The position numbers and the translations under genes are program-made. Shown one piece after another: positions 36,305 through 45,665 of a stretch of DNA of 64,000 nt; position 1 is the first letter of the stretch; each line of letters opens with the position of its first letter. The stretch is from Alphaproteobacteria bacterium (GTDB taxonomy: Bacteria; Pseudomonadota; Alphaproteobacteria; SP197): positions 2,944,001 through 3,008,000 of the forward strand of contig OZ245842.1 in the NCBI GenBank assembly GCA_965228895.1, given 5' to 3'. The notes below the pieces were generated by a model. It saw only the letters and a program-made list of their open reading frames with translations, was not told the DNA's origin and did not search any database.

Positions 36305-38290
36305 TTAGATCTCCAGCGCCAATTTCCGACCTTCGTAGATCGCGGCGGCGGCTTTGCGCGGCGCGAGACTGTCGCCGATGTTGTGGAGCGCGAAACCGTC
36401 ATCGCCTTCGAGTGCGTCGAACAGGTCGCGGACTGGCACGTTCACGGTTGCCGTCACCAGCGTATCGAAGTCGCGCTGAACGACGGCATCATCCAACGTG
36501 AACAGAAGCGATGCCGTGTTGCCGTCCCATGACAGCAAGGCGGTCTCTGTCAGGCATGTCACCTTCAGCTCCCCGAGACGCTTGATCAGCGGCGGCGCGG
36601 CGGCGCTGTTGACCAGTTCGGCGCCGACCACCGGGTGGCGCGTGACGATAGTGACGTCGTGCCCCTGCTCGGCGAGTTTGAGCGCGGTGCCCGCGCCGGG
36701 CCATTGACCGAGATCGTCGAGCACCAGCACACGTTTGCCGCACTCAGCGCTTTCGTCGAGCACATCCTCGATGGCGAAGACGTTGGTCTGGTCGACGCCA
36801 GGCAGGCGGTCTCGGAAAGGCAGGGAACGCTGATAACCGTCACGCGCGGGTAGCGATCCCGTGGCGTTGATGACCGCGTTCCATTCACCATCTCTGACCG
36901 CGTCTGGCGTCATGGTGACGTCACGCCGCACCTCGACCTGCAACTGCGTGAGTTGGGTCTCGTACCAGGCGATGAGATCATCGATGACATGACGGCGCGG
37001 CTGGCGCGCGGCGAGCCGAAACCGGCCACCGAGGTGTTCGGATTTCTCGGCCAGCGTCACCTGATGACCGCGCTCGGCCGCGACACGCGCGGCCTCCAGT
37101 CCCGCCGGTCCGCCACCGATAACCAGCACGCGTTTCGGTTTATCGGCGGGCGTAATGCGGTCGCCCTGCCACTGCCATTCGCGTCCGGCCGACGGGTTGA
37201 CCAGGCAGGAGATCCAGTAGTCGCGCGCGCGACGGCCCCAACACAGTTGATTGCAGGAAATGCATGGGCGAACGTCGGCCGCCCGGCCCTCGCGCGCCTT
37301 GTTGGCCAAATGAGGGTCGGCGATCTGGCCACGCACAATCGACACCAAATCGGCCTGACCGCTGGCGATGACCTGCTCGGCGTTCGCTGGCGTGCGGACA
37401 TGGCTTTCGGCCTGTACCATCGCGTTACGGCAGACCTTGCGGATCTCCGCGGCAAGCGGCGGCCCCTTCATCTCGTCATACATGAAGGTCGGGATGATCT
37501 CGGCGAAGTTATAGAAGCTGCCGGTGCCGACGGAGACGTAATCCATCAGCCCGCGTTCATCGTGCCAGGCGACGATCTCCTGCACCGCCTCCAACGGCAG
37601 GCCGGTCTTGGTCAGGTCGTCGCCGGAAACCGAAAGGCCGATGACATGGTCGTCGCCGCAGGCCTTGCGCACGCGTTCCAGGATGGTTGCCGTAAACCGG
37701 CAGCGGTTCTCCAGCGACCCGCCCCAGCGGTCGTCGCGGCGGTTGGTGATCGGCGACCAGAACTGATCGGCCAGACAATTATACGCGGCCAGCAGATCGT
37801 TACCGTCGAAACCCGAGCGCTTCGAGCGTTCGGCGGCGGCGACATAGCCCTCGATGACGTCGCCGATCTCGGCCTCCGTCATCGCGTGACTGCCGTCAGC
37901 GTCCTTGAGCGACGCCAGGCCAGAAGGCGACCAGTTGGCGTGCCAGGAATTGTCGAAGTCGGCGTGTTGGCCGGAATGATTGAGTTGCTGGATCATCACC
38001 GTACCGTGCTCGTGACACGCCTCGGTGATGGCCGTGAGACCGGGGATGACATCGTCGCTGATGGCGAAACGCCCGCGGGTCAGTGCGCCAGAGGGATGGA
38101 CCTGCGCCCCCTCGACGACGATCATGCCGGCGCCGCCCAGGGCGCGCTCGCGGTAATAGGCGAGATGGCGCTGCCCGGGCATGCCGTCATGGCTCATGTT
38201 GGCGAGATGGGGTCCGAAGGTCAGGCGGTTTTTCAGCGTCACGTGGCGCAACTTGAGCGGGGTGAAGAGATGCGGAAAGTCCGTCGTCAT
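36305..38290 (-). CDS. NADH:flavin oxidoreductase (OYE, 4Fe-4S and FAD domains), paralog B
   Basis: NRRDDRWGGSLENR, CISCNQLC...C, GGGPAGLEAA. Confidence 0.9.
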   Translation of the reverse strand: MTTDFPHLFTPLKLRHVTLKNRLTFGPHLANMSHDGMPGQRHLAYYRERALGGAGMIVVEGAQVHPSGALTRGRFAISDDVIPGLTAITEACHEHGTVMIQQLNHSGQHADFDNSWHANWSPSGLASLKDADGSHAMTEAEIGDVIEGYVAAAERSKRSGFDGNDLLAAYNCLADQFWSPITNRRDDRWGGSLENRCRFTATILERVRKACGDDHVIGLSVSGDDLTKTGLPLEAVQEIVAWHDERGLMDYVSVGTGSFYNFAEIIPTFMYDEMKGPPLAAEIRKVCRNAMVQAESHVRTPANAEQVIASGQADLVSIVRGQIADPHLANKAREGRAADVRPCISCNQLCWGRRARDYWISCLVNPSAGREWQWQGDRITPADKPKRVLVIGGGPAGLEAARVAAERGHQVTLAEKSEHLGGRFRLAARQPRRHVIDDLIAWYETQLTQLQVEVRRDVTMTPDAVRDGEWNAVINATGSLPARDGYQRSLPFRDRLPGVDQTNVFAIEDVLDESAECGKRVLVLDDLGQWPGAGTALKLAEQGHDVTIVTRHPVVGAELVNSAAAPPLIKRLGELKVTCLTETALLSWDGNTASLLFTLDDAVVQRDFDTLVTATVNVPVRDLFDALEGDDGFALHNIGDSLAPRKAAAAIYEGRKLALEI

Positions 38291-38301
38291 CGCCGCCTCC
38301 T

Positions 38302-40287
38302 CTAGAGCGCCATACCGACGCGGCGGCCGTCATAGATCGCACCGGCGGCCTTGTGCGGCGCGACGCAATCGCCGACCGCATGGATCTCCAAGCCACTGTC
38401 AGCGAGCACGCGTCCAAGCGCGTCGTTGGCAATCGCCGTCTCCGCGACCAACAGCGTGTCGAAAGGCCGGGTCTCCTCCGCACCACTTGCCAGATGGCGG
38501 ATCGTCGCGCCATCGCCGGTCCAGCGTAACACCACGCTCATGGTGCACATGTCGACACACGCGGTGGCGAGTCCCTTCCGCAAGGCCTTGTCGACGCCCA
38601 TGCGCGCGGCGTCCTGCGCGACCGCACCATCGCGCGTCACCAGCGTCACGTCGTGGCCGGCTTCGGCGAGCTTGAGCGCGGTACCCGCCGCCGGCCAGCC
38701 GCCGATGTCATCGAGCACCAAGACCTCGCGACCCGGCATGATAGTTCCGGCCAGGACATCATTGACCGCGTACACATTGCCGCGCTCGATACCCGGCAGG
38801 CGGTCGACTTCCGGCAGCGCGCGCTGATAGCCGGTGCCAGCGGGGACCGCGCCGGTCGCCAGCACAACAGCGACGGCGCCGCTGGTGCGTACCGCGTCAA
38901 CATCCATCTTTGTTTCGAGCCGCACGTCGACCCCGAGGCGCGCGAGTTCGCGTTCGTACCAGGCGAGATGATCGCGGATCTCGTTTCGCATCGGCTGCTC
39001 ACCGGCAAGCCTGAACTGGCCGCCTAGTTTCTTCTCAGCTTCGGCCAGGATGACGGCATGCCCGCGTTCGGCGGCGACACGCGCCGCTTCCATGCCGGCG
39101 GGGCCACCGCCAACCACCAGGATGGGGCGAGACGTCGCCGCCGGTTCCAACCTGTCACCGCCCCACTCGGTTTCGCGGCCGGTCGACGGGTTGACCAGAC
39201 AGGAGATCCAGTAGTCGCGACGCCGCCGGCCGATGCATTGCTGGTTGCACGAGATGCACGGGCGTATCTCGTCGGCACGCCCCGTGCGCGCCTTTTCGAC
39301 CAGCCAGGGGTCGGCTATCTGACCGCGCACGACCGACACCATGTCGGCGCTGCCGGTAGCCAGGATGCGCTCGGCGTTGTCCGGTGTCTTGACGCGTGCC
39401 TCGCACTGCACGCGTGCGTGTTTGACGACCGCCTTCAGGCGTAAGGCATGGTCCTCGCCGGTCGACGCCTGCTCGAAGGCGGTGGGGATGATGTTAGCGC
39501 CGCCCCAATAGCTGCCGGTGCCGACAGTGACATAGTCGATCAGCGCACGCTCATCGTGCCAGGCGACGGCCTCGGACAAATCGTCGATGGTCTGCACCGA
39601 CCCCGCCTTGGGATCGACCGAAACGGCAAGACCGCAGATGAAATCATCGCCACAGGCCTTGCGAATGCCGTCGTAGATCGCCGTCGAAAAGCGCATGCGG
39701 TTGTCGAAACTCCCGCCCCACTCGTCGCCACGGCGGTTGGTGAAGGGTGACCAGAACTGTTCAAGCAAGGCGCTATACGCCGCCATGATCTCGATGCCGT
39801 CAAAACCCGCCTGTTGGGCGCGGTGCGCCGCCGCGACATGCGCCTCGATCACCTCCTCGATCTCCGGCGCCGTCATAGCGTGGCTGCCGTCGCTGTTGAA
39901 CATGGACGGCAGGCCGGACGGTGACCAGCTTTCGCGGAAGCTGTTATCCCAATCGCCGTGGGCGCCGACATGATAGAGCTGCTGGAGAATGACGGCGCCG
40001 TCGCTCTTCACCTCTTCGGTGATGCGCCGAAACGGCCTGATGATCGCGTCGTCCGATGTCAGGAAGTTGCCACGGGTCAAGACAGCCGTTTCGTGGACCG
40101 GCACCGGTTCGACGACGATCATGGCCGCGCCACCACGCGCGCGTTCGCGGTAGTAACCGAAATGCCGGTCGCCGGGGATGCCCTCCTCGCTCATGTTCGC
40201 GGTGTGCGCGCCAAAGACGACGCGGTTCTTCAGCGTCAGGTGGCGCAAGGTGAGTGGCGCGAAAACATGCGGATAAGGCGTGGTCAT
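38302..40287 (-). CDS. NADH:flavin oxidoreductase (OYE, 4Fe-4S and FAD domains), paralog A
   Basis: Real start MTTPYPHVF at 40287; NRRGDEWGGSFDNR, CISCNQQC...C, GGGPAGMEAA. Confidence 0.9.
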   Translation of the reverse strand: MTTPYPHVFAPLTLRHLTLKNRVVFGAHTANMSEEGIPGDRHFGYYRERARGGAAMIVVEPVPVHETAVLTRGNFLTSDDAIIRPFRRITEEVKSDGAVILQQLYHVGAHGDWDNSFRESWSPSGLPSMFNSDGSHAMTAPEIEEVIEAHVAAAHRAQQAGFDGIEIMAAYSALLEQFWSPFTNRRGDEWGGSFDNRMRFSTAIYDGIRKACGDDFICGLAVSVDPKAGSVQTIDDLSEAVAWHDERALIDYVTVGTGSYWGGANIIPTAFEQASTGEDHALRLKAVVKHARVQCEARVKTPDNAERILATGSADMVSVVRGQIADPWLVEKARTGRADEIRPCISCNQQCIGRRRRDYWISCLVNPSTGRETEWGGDRLEPAATSRPILVVGGGPAGMEAARVAAERGHAVILAEAEKKLGGQFRLAGEQPMRNEIRDHLAWYERELARLGVDVRLETKMDVDAVRTSGAVAVVLATGAVPAGTGYQRALPEVDRLPGIERGNVYAVNDVLAGTIMPGREVLVLDDIGGWPAAGTALKLAEAGHDVTLVTRDGAVAQDAARMGVDKALRKGLATACVDMCTMSVVLRWTGDGATIRHLASGAEETRPFDTLLVAETAIANDALGRVLADSGLEIHAVGDCVAPHKAAGAIYDGRRVGMAL

Positions 40288-40386
40288 CGACGAAGGCCTA
40301 TCGGGCGTTGTGCGCGAGAGCGTAGACTGCATCGACGCTGCACGGGCAACAAAATCGTCGCCGGACAAGCAGAAGGGATCGATCGC

Positions 40387-41148
40387 ATGCAGCTTGCCCG
40401 CCATTGTCTGAGGGTTCAGGACGCCGCCGCGCTGGCGGCCTTTTATACAGACCTGCTGGGCATGCGTGATCTTGGTCAGGCCGGTTCGCCGGCACTCGGC
40501 TACGATCCCCGACAGTGTCTGCTGGTCTTCGACGAGGCCGACGTTGCGCCCTATGAGGCCGCACCCCACGATTTCTATTGGAAGATCGGCATTACCGTGC
40601 GCGATCTCGACCGGGCGGTCGCCTATCTGCGCGATCAGGGCTGGCCGGTATCCGATCCCCGGCAGTTCCGCGACATCGGCTACATGTGCCACCTGACAGA
40701 CCCGCAAGGCTTCGCCATCGAACTTCTGCAGCAAGGCTTCGAGGGCAACGCATCGCCCGCGGGCGACGGCCACCCGATCGGCGGCCAGGCGACGCTGGCG
40801 CACCTTACCTTCCGCATCACCGACCTGGCCTCCGCGCGCCGGTTCTGTGAAACGCAGCTCGGCATGCGCCTGATGTCGGTGCAGCCCGTGCCCGAACGGG
40901 GCTTTACGCTCTATTTCTATGCCTGGAGCGACGAGGCCTTGCCGGACCCGGACCTGGAAGCGGTCGCCAACCGGGAGTGGCTATGGGCAAGGCCCTATAC
41001 GCTCCTGGAGCTGCAGCACTGGGAAACCGGACTGGAGAGTGTGCGCAAGACGGCACCGGGCGAGGCCGGCTTCACCGCGTTCGGTTATGGCAACCATCGC
41101 GAGCCCGCCACATTGGTGCCGCTCAGTGACATGGACGATTTGCGTTAG
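40387..41148 (+). CDS. Two-domain VOC / lactoylglutathione lyase-like protein
   Basis: HCLRV...FYTDLLGM, DPQGFAIELLQ, FTLYF, LELQH. Confidence 0.78.
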   Translation: MQLARHCLRVQDAAALAAFYTDLLGMRDLGQAGSPALGYDPRQCLLVFDEADVAPYEAAPHDFYWKIGITVRDLDRAVAYLRDQGWPVSDPRQFRDIGYMCHLTDPQGFAIELLQQGFEGNASPAGDGHPIGGQATLAHLTFRITDLASARRFCETQLGMRLMSVQPVPERGFTLYFYAWSDEALPDPDLEAVANREWLWARPYTLLELQHWETGLESVRKTAPGEAGFTAFGYGNHREPATLVPLSDMDDLR

Positions 41149-41253
41149 CCGCTCTCAAAGGCCGCCTGTGCGCTGTACCATCATAGCGTCTCGCCAAGAC
41201 GGCCAGCGCGGCTTAACGTGTCGCCGGCTTGCCCAAGAACAAGGTAGTTGACC

Positions 41254-41907
41254 ATGGCATCAACCTCGCCCCTCGCCGAACTGACCGCCGCCACCCACGA
41301 CTGCCTGGAGGCCGCCCGTCTGACGTTCGGCGCGCCGACGGACCAGATCGATCATGCCATCGCCGGCCTCGGTGCCCTCACCATGCCGACAGACGAACCC
41401 GCCGATCACGATGACGAACTGCCCCAGACTGTGGCGCGTCATCTGAAACCCGGCGGCGTCAAGCACGAGCAGGCGAGCGCCCTGCTCGACAAGCTGGCCG
41501 CGGCGGCGGGGCGGCTGCCTTGGAGCCCGGCCTTCTATCCAGAAGACGGCCACCCCGACATTCCGCTTTTCTGGAAGAACTACGCCTTCGCCATGGCTGT
41601 CAGCCACTCGCGCTGGGCCGATCAGGCCATGCTGACGTCAAGCGAGGTCGGCTTGAGCTTCACCGTCCAGGCGCCGCATACGGTCTATCCCGAACACGCG
41701 CACACGGCGGTTGAGCTCTATTACGTGATCTCCGGCAAGGCGCGTTGGAAACGCGGCACCGAGCCATGGGTCATGCGCTATCCAGGCGAGATCATTCTGC
41801 ACACGACCGGCATGCGCCATGCCATGGAAACCGGCGAGGAACCTTTGGTCGCGTTCGCCATGTGGGTATCGCATACCGATGCACCGGTCGTCATCGTCCG
41901 CTCGTAG
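41254..41907 (+). CDS. DMSP lyase-family cupin (DddQ/DddL-like)
   Basis: YPEHAHTAVELYYVISGKARW and HAMETGEEPL cupin motifs. Confidence 0.72.
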   Translation: MASTSPLAELTAATHDCLEAARLTFGAPTDQIDHAIAGLGALTMPTDEPADHDDELPQTVARHLKPGGVKHEQASALLDKLAAAAGRLPWSPAFYPEDGHPDIPLFWKNYAFAMAVSHSRWADQAMLTSSEVGLSFTVQAPHTVYPEHAHTAVELYYVISGKARWKRGTEPWVMRYPGEIILHTTGMRHAMETGEEPLVAFAMWVSHTDAPVVIVRS

Positions 41908-42156
41908 CGGTGTCGCCCTATGGTCGATCGACAACGTGGGCGCGGGCTTCTACCTCATAGGAAGCAACCCGTCTGGGCATCTTGCGCCAAGCTAGCGCCG
42001 TGCCCTACCCTCGGCGCCGAATTGAGAACAGGCTGATTTCTGAACACCGGGCTGCTGCCGCCTGGTCGACGTCCTGGCTGGATCTTGTTTGATCGTTGCG
42101 GGTTTCTGGTTGCGTGCAACGGTTGTTGGTTAAGCGGTATGCCGAAAGGGCGTGCG

Positions 42157-42510
42157 ATGACATCAGCATTGAACCTTGTCGACGGAACGGCCGCGCTGCG
42201 CCTGCCACGGAGCATGGCGTGTTTTGCCGCGTTGTTGCTGACGCTGCTCATGGCCAGCCAGGTCTCCGCCTACACGTTCGAATACTGCAAGGCCTATGCC
42301 GACAAGGTGGTTCAAGAGTCGACGTCGGCGGCGCTGTCGAACGCCATGCGCGGTACCACATCGGACCCTGGCTTGAGCGGCCTGACCGGCAGCGGTTCGC
42401 ACAACGACAGCAATAGCCTAAGCGGCGTCCTGGGCAGCCTTTCCGAATCCCAGGACCAGCAATCGCTGTGGCAGCGGACATTCAACCATTGTATGGGCGT
42501 CAGCCGCTGA
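42157..42510 (+). CDS. Small secreted hypothetical protein (two Cys, Gly/Ser-rich core)
   Basis: Signal peptide LLLTLLMASQVSA; C..YA ... CM frame reminiscent of glycine-zipper proteins; start uncertain. Confidence 0.55.
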   Translation: MTSALNLVDGTAALRLPRSMACFAALLLTLLMASQVSAYTFEYCKAYADKVVQESTSAALSNAMRGTTSDPGLSGLTGSGSHNDSNSLSGVLGSLSESQDQQSLWQRTFNHCMGVSR

Positions 42511-42546
42511 GCGGCGTGTCGCATCAACGACCTCAAGGAGGTGGCG

Positions 42547-42867
42547 ATGAAGAAGACTCAATTCCTGAAGGCGGGCCTCGTCGCCATGGCGTTCGCGCTT
42601 GGCACAGCCGCGACAGTGCCGGCCAGCGCCCAAGACGAAGCTGCAGCGCGCGATATCAACGACATCACCTGCCGGGACGTCATCCGCATGAGCGGCGACG
42701 ACCGTGATATCGCCGTGGCATTCCTGCACGGCTACATCCTGGGCGATGGCGAGTCGACGGAGTTCGTGGTCGAAGAGCTCTATCTGGCGACCGACCTCTT
42801 CATCGAGTACTGCCTGGATAACACTGATGCCGTCGCGGTCGACGCGTTGCGCAAACACGTCGAGTAG
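42547..42867 (+). CDS. HdeA/HdeB-family periplasmic chaperone
   Basis: Signal peptide, DITC..., FLHGY, second Cys in YCLDN; AAGGAGG RBS. Confidence 0.75.
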   Translation: MKKTQFLKAGLVAMAFALGTAATVPASAQDEAAARDINDITCRDVIRMSGDDRDIAVAFLHGYILGDGESTEFVVEELYLATDLFIEYCLDNTDAVAVDALRKHVE

Positions 42868-42885
42868 ACATCGACGAACACAAAC

Positions 42886-43470
42886 CTAAAGAGCCCGCGT
42901 CATAAGCAGAATGTCCCCGCCATAGCGAATTTTCTCATGGCGAACGGCCGGTTGGCGTGCGCGTTCCTTGTACCCAAGTGCTTCATATAGCCTGATGGCG
43001 GTCTGATTCTCCGCAAAAACATTGAGGCTCATTTCTTTGAAGTTATTGGCTTTTGCGGCCGACTCCGCCTCAGCCATCAGGCGTTTGCCAATGCCGGAGC
43101 CTCGAAACTCAGGATAGACCGCCAAGGCCATGACGTAATAGCTGCCGTCGGCGTGCATATGTAGGAATGGCTCATAGAGATAGTGGCGATCGTCGGGCGC
43201 CAGCGGGTCGGGTGGGCCATCGCCCATCGCATCCATGGGAAAGGCGTGTACGGAACCCAGCACCCCCTCTTCATTTTCGGCAACCCAGCAGTTCGAGAAA
43301 GCCGTCGTCGCGTCGGAACGGGAGAACAGATGCTCGACGATCACATTGGTGCTGCGCTCCGGGATGACGCCATCATAGACAGCCTCCACCAAACCGCCCG
43401 ACGCTTCCAAGAGGGCGTGCGCCAGATGAGGGATGTCAGCAACTTCCGCAGGTCTTACTGAAAAGCTCAT
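42886..43470 (-). CDS. GNAT N-acetyltransferase
   Basis: LAVYPEFRGSGIG, NQTAIRLYEALGY. Confidence 0.88.
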   Translation of the reverse strand: MSFSVRPAEVADIPHLAHALLEASGGLVEAVYDGVIPERSTNVIVEHLFSRSDATTAFSNCWVAENEEGVLGSVHAFPMDAMGDGPPDPLAPDDRHYLYEPFLHMHADGSYYVMALAVYPEFRGSGIGKRLMAEAESAAKANNFKEMSLNVFAENQTAIRLYEALGYKERARQPAVRHEKIRYGGDILLMTRAL

Positions 43471-43591
43471 GTTGGTTGAATTTCAGTTTTCGCGATGCAG
43501 CTTGTCCTTGTTGGATCGAGACTCTATCTCGGCGCCGGATCGCGATTTCACAACGCGTAAAATCACAGGCCGGCTTACGGCCATGCGCTAG

Positions 43592-44818
43592 TTAGTCCTC
43601 GTGCTTCAGGTCATCTTCCACATCGATATCAACGACATCAAAACCGACCGGCTTGCGCGCCCAGGGATAGCCGTTGATGGCCATTTCGTAGCCGACGTCA
43701 TAGAGCGCGCGCATGTACTCGAGGTCGAAGGCCTCCTGCGGCTCCATGTCGAAATCATCGGGCACGTATGCCAGATAGAAATCGTTGCCGTCTCTCAGCG
43801 ACGTCAGGTAGATGCGGTCGAGGTCGCCGATGCCCTGGGTTCGTATAAGGGATGAGACGGACGCGCCGACAATCGAGAAGATGTCCGGGTTGACCGTCGA
43901 CCAGCGCGCGTCGAGCGGCGAGTTGCGGATGACATAGACCTCCGGACGTCCCTGCACGTCCAGGATCTCCATCAACGCCGGCCAGTCGATGGTTGTCGGA
44001 TAGACAAACACCTGAGATACCGCGCCGCCATCGACATGCAGTTCGTCGTAGATCTCGCCGTTAAACTCGACCTCGAACAAGACGGGCGGGAACGCGCCGG
44101 GGACCGAAGCCGACGCAAGCAGGACGTCGCTGATCAGATCGCGTTTGTCGGGCCGGTCGCTTGCGGCAATCGCCGTGATGTTCCAGATAACCGGACGCTT
44201 GGCGTCAAGATTGGTCGTGCTGACAAAGAGCCGCCGGCCTTCTTTGAAGGCCGCCGCCAGTTCACCCATCATCTCCGGCGTCATGTAGCCATAGATGATC
44301 TCACGCAGCTTGTCGGTGCTGGCGGCGGCATCGCCGGTGATGATTTCCGTCCACGCCCGCTGCGTGACGAGATCGTCGGTCGTGTAGAGCGTGTACATGT
44401 CTTTCAGCGTCTGATCGTACTTCGGACCCAAGAAGGCGAAGGGCGCGATCAGGGCGCCGGTGCTGATGCCGGTCACCATGGTGAACTCAGGCCGCGTGCC
44501 CGCTGCCGTCCAACCGTTCAAGAGGCCGGAGCCAAAGGCGCCGTCCGGCCCGCCGCCGGAAATGGCGAGATAATAGTGCGGCACGCCGACAATACCGGTC
44601 TGGCGCGCGCGGATCTCTTCAACCGTTGAGTTCGCAAGTCGTTCGAGCAGGAAATCGGGCGTCGCATCACCCCAGAAGCGCGCGTTCGGCACGCCTGGTA
44701 TCTGAGCCAGCTGATCTTCAGGGTTCGGAAGAGGTTTGCGGTCGGGCACGGTGCCACAGGCCACCAGCACACTCATAAGCGCGGCCATAAGCACGGCCAC
44801 CAACGTCGTCGGATTCAT
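43592..44818 (-). CDS. Patatin-like phospholipase lipoprotein
   Basis: Lipobox LVAC, SGGGxxGAF, GISTG, DGG. Confidence 0.92.
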   Translation of the reverse strand: MNPTTLVAVLMAALMSVLVACGTVPDRKPLPNPEDQLAQIPGVPNARFWGDATPDFLLERLANSTVEEIRARQTGIVGVPHYYLAISGGGPDGAFGSGLLNGWTAAGTRPEFTMVTGISTGALIAPFAFLGPKYDQTLKDMYTLYTTDDLVTQRAWTEIITGDAAASTDKLREIIYGYMTPEMMGELAAAFKEGRRLFVSTTNLDAKRPVIWNITAIAASDRPDKRDLISDVLLASASVPGAFPPVLFEVEFNGEIYDELHVDGGAVSQVFVYPTTIDWPALMEILDVQGRPEVYVIRNSPLDARWSTVNPDIFSIVGASVSSLIRTQGIGDLDRIYLTSLRDGNDFYLAYVPDDFDMEPQEAFDLEYMRALYDVGYEMAINGYPWARKPVGFDVVDIDVEDDLKHED

Positions 44819-45082
44819 GTGTCCCCCAATCCGAATCGGATGTTCCCCAGGTTCAGCCAGTTAATTGCCCGCATGCGGCAGAGGTCAACAGTCATGTTCC
44901 GCCAAACTGCCTGACCGCCCGGGAAACGGTCATGATCGCCCATCAGCGGGAGCGACGCCGATTTGCGACGGATCATCCGTATTCGTTGCAAAGGTGACGT
45001 CGGTCACCAATTCATGCTGGAATCGGTGATGCCCGCACCTACATTGTGAGGGCTTATCTTAGGGGAAGGCATTGGGGGCCAT

Positions 45083-45661
45083 ATGTCGACCACGTTGACG
45101 ATCGTGCTGGTGCTGTTGGCGCTGGTGGTACTGGTCATTGTCTGGGCTATCGCGATCTACAATCGCCTGGTGACCCGGCGCCAGCAGACCGAGGAAGGCT
45201 GGAGCGGCATCGATGTGCAGCTCAAACGCCGCTCGAACCTGATACCCAATCTGGTGGAGACCGTGAAGGGCTATGCGTCTCACGAACAGGAGACGCTGGA
45301 CAACGTCACCGCCATGCGCGCGCGGGCCGAGGCGGCACCGGGCGATTCACCGGAAGCGCGCGGCCAGGCCGAAAGCGCGTTGTCGGGCGCCTTGGTGCAG
45401 CTCTTCGCGGTCGCCGAGAACTATCCGGACCTGAAGGCCAGCAGCAACTTCATCGAGCTGCAGCAGGCGCTGGCCGAGGTCGAAGATCAGATCCAGATGG
45501 CGCGGCGCTACTACAACGGCGCCGTGCGCAACATGAACATCCTGGTCGACTCCTTCCCCAGCAACATCGTCGCCCAGCGCTACGATTTCCAGAAGGCCGT
45601 CTACTTCGAGATCGACGACCCCGCCGACAAGGCCGTGCCGAAGGTGGCGTTCGGAACCTAG
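45083..45661 (+). CDS. lemA: LemA family protein
   Basis: N-terminal TM, WSGIDVQLKRR, LIPNLVETVKGY, ENYPDLKA, ARRYYN. Confidence 0.96.
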   Translation: MSTTLTIVLVLLALVVLVIVWAIAIYNRLVTRRQQTEEGWSGIDVQLKRRSNLIPNLVETVKGYASHEQETLDNVTAMRARAEAAPGDSPEARGQAESALSGALVQLFAVAENYPDLKASSNFIELQQALAEVEDQIQMARRYYNGAVRNMNILVDSFPSNIVAQRYDFQKAVYFEIDDPADKAVPKVAFGT

Positions 45662-45665
45662 CGCC

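Noticed and set aside
40288-40803. N-terminal extensions of the 833-aa and 396-aa ORFs, implying overlapping divergent genes
   Set aside because: Family-like sequence begins at 40287 (minus) and 40387 (plus); the extensions are ORF-caller artefacts.
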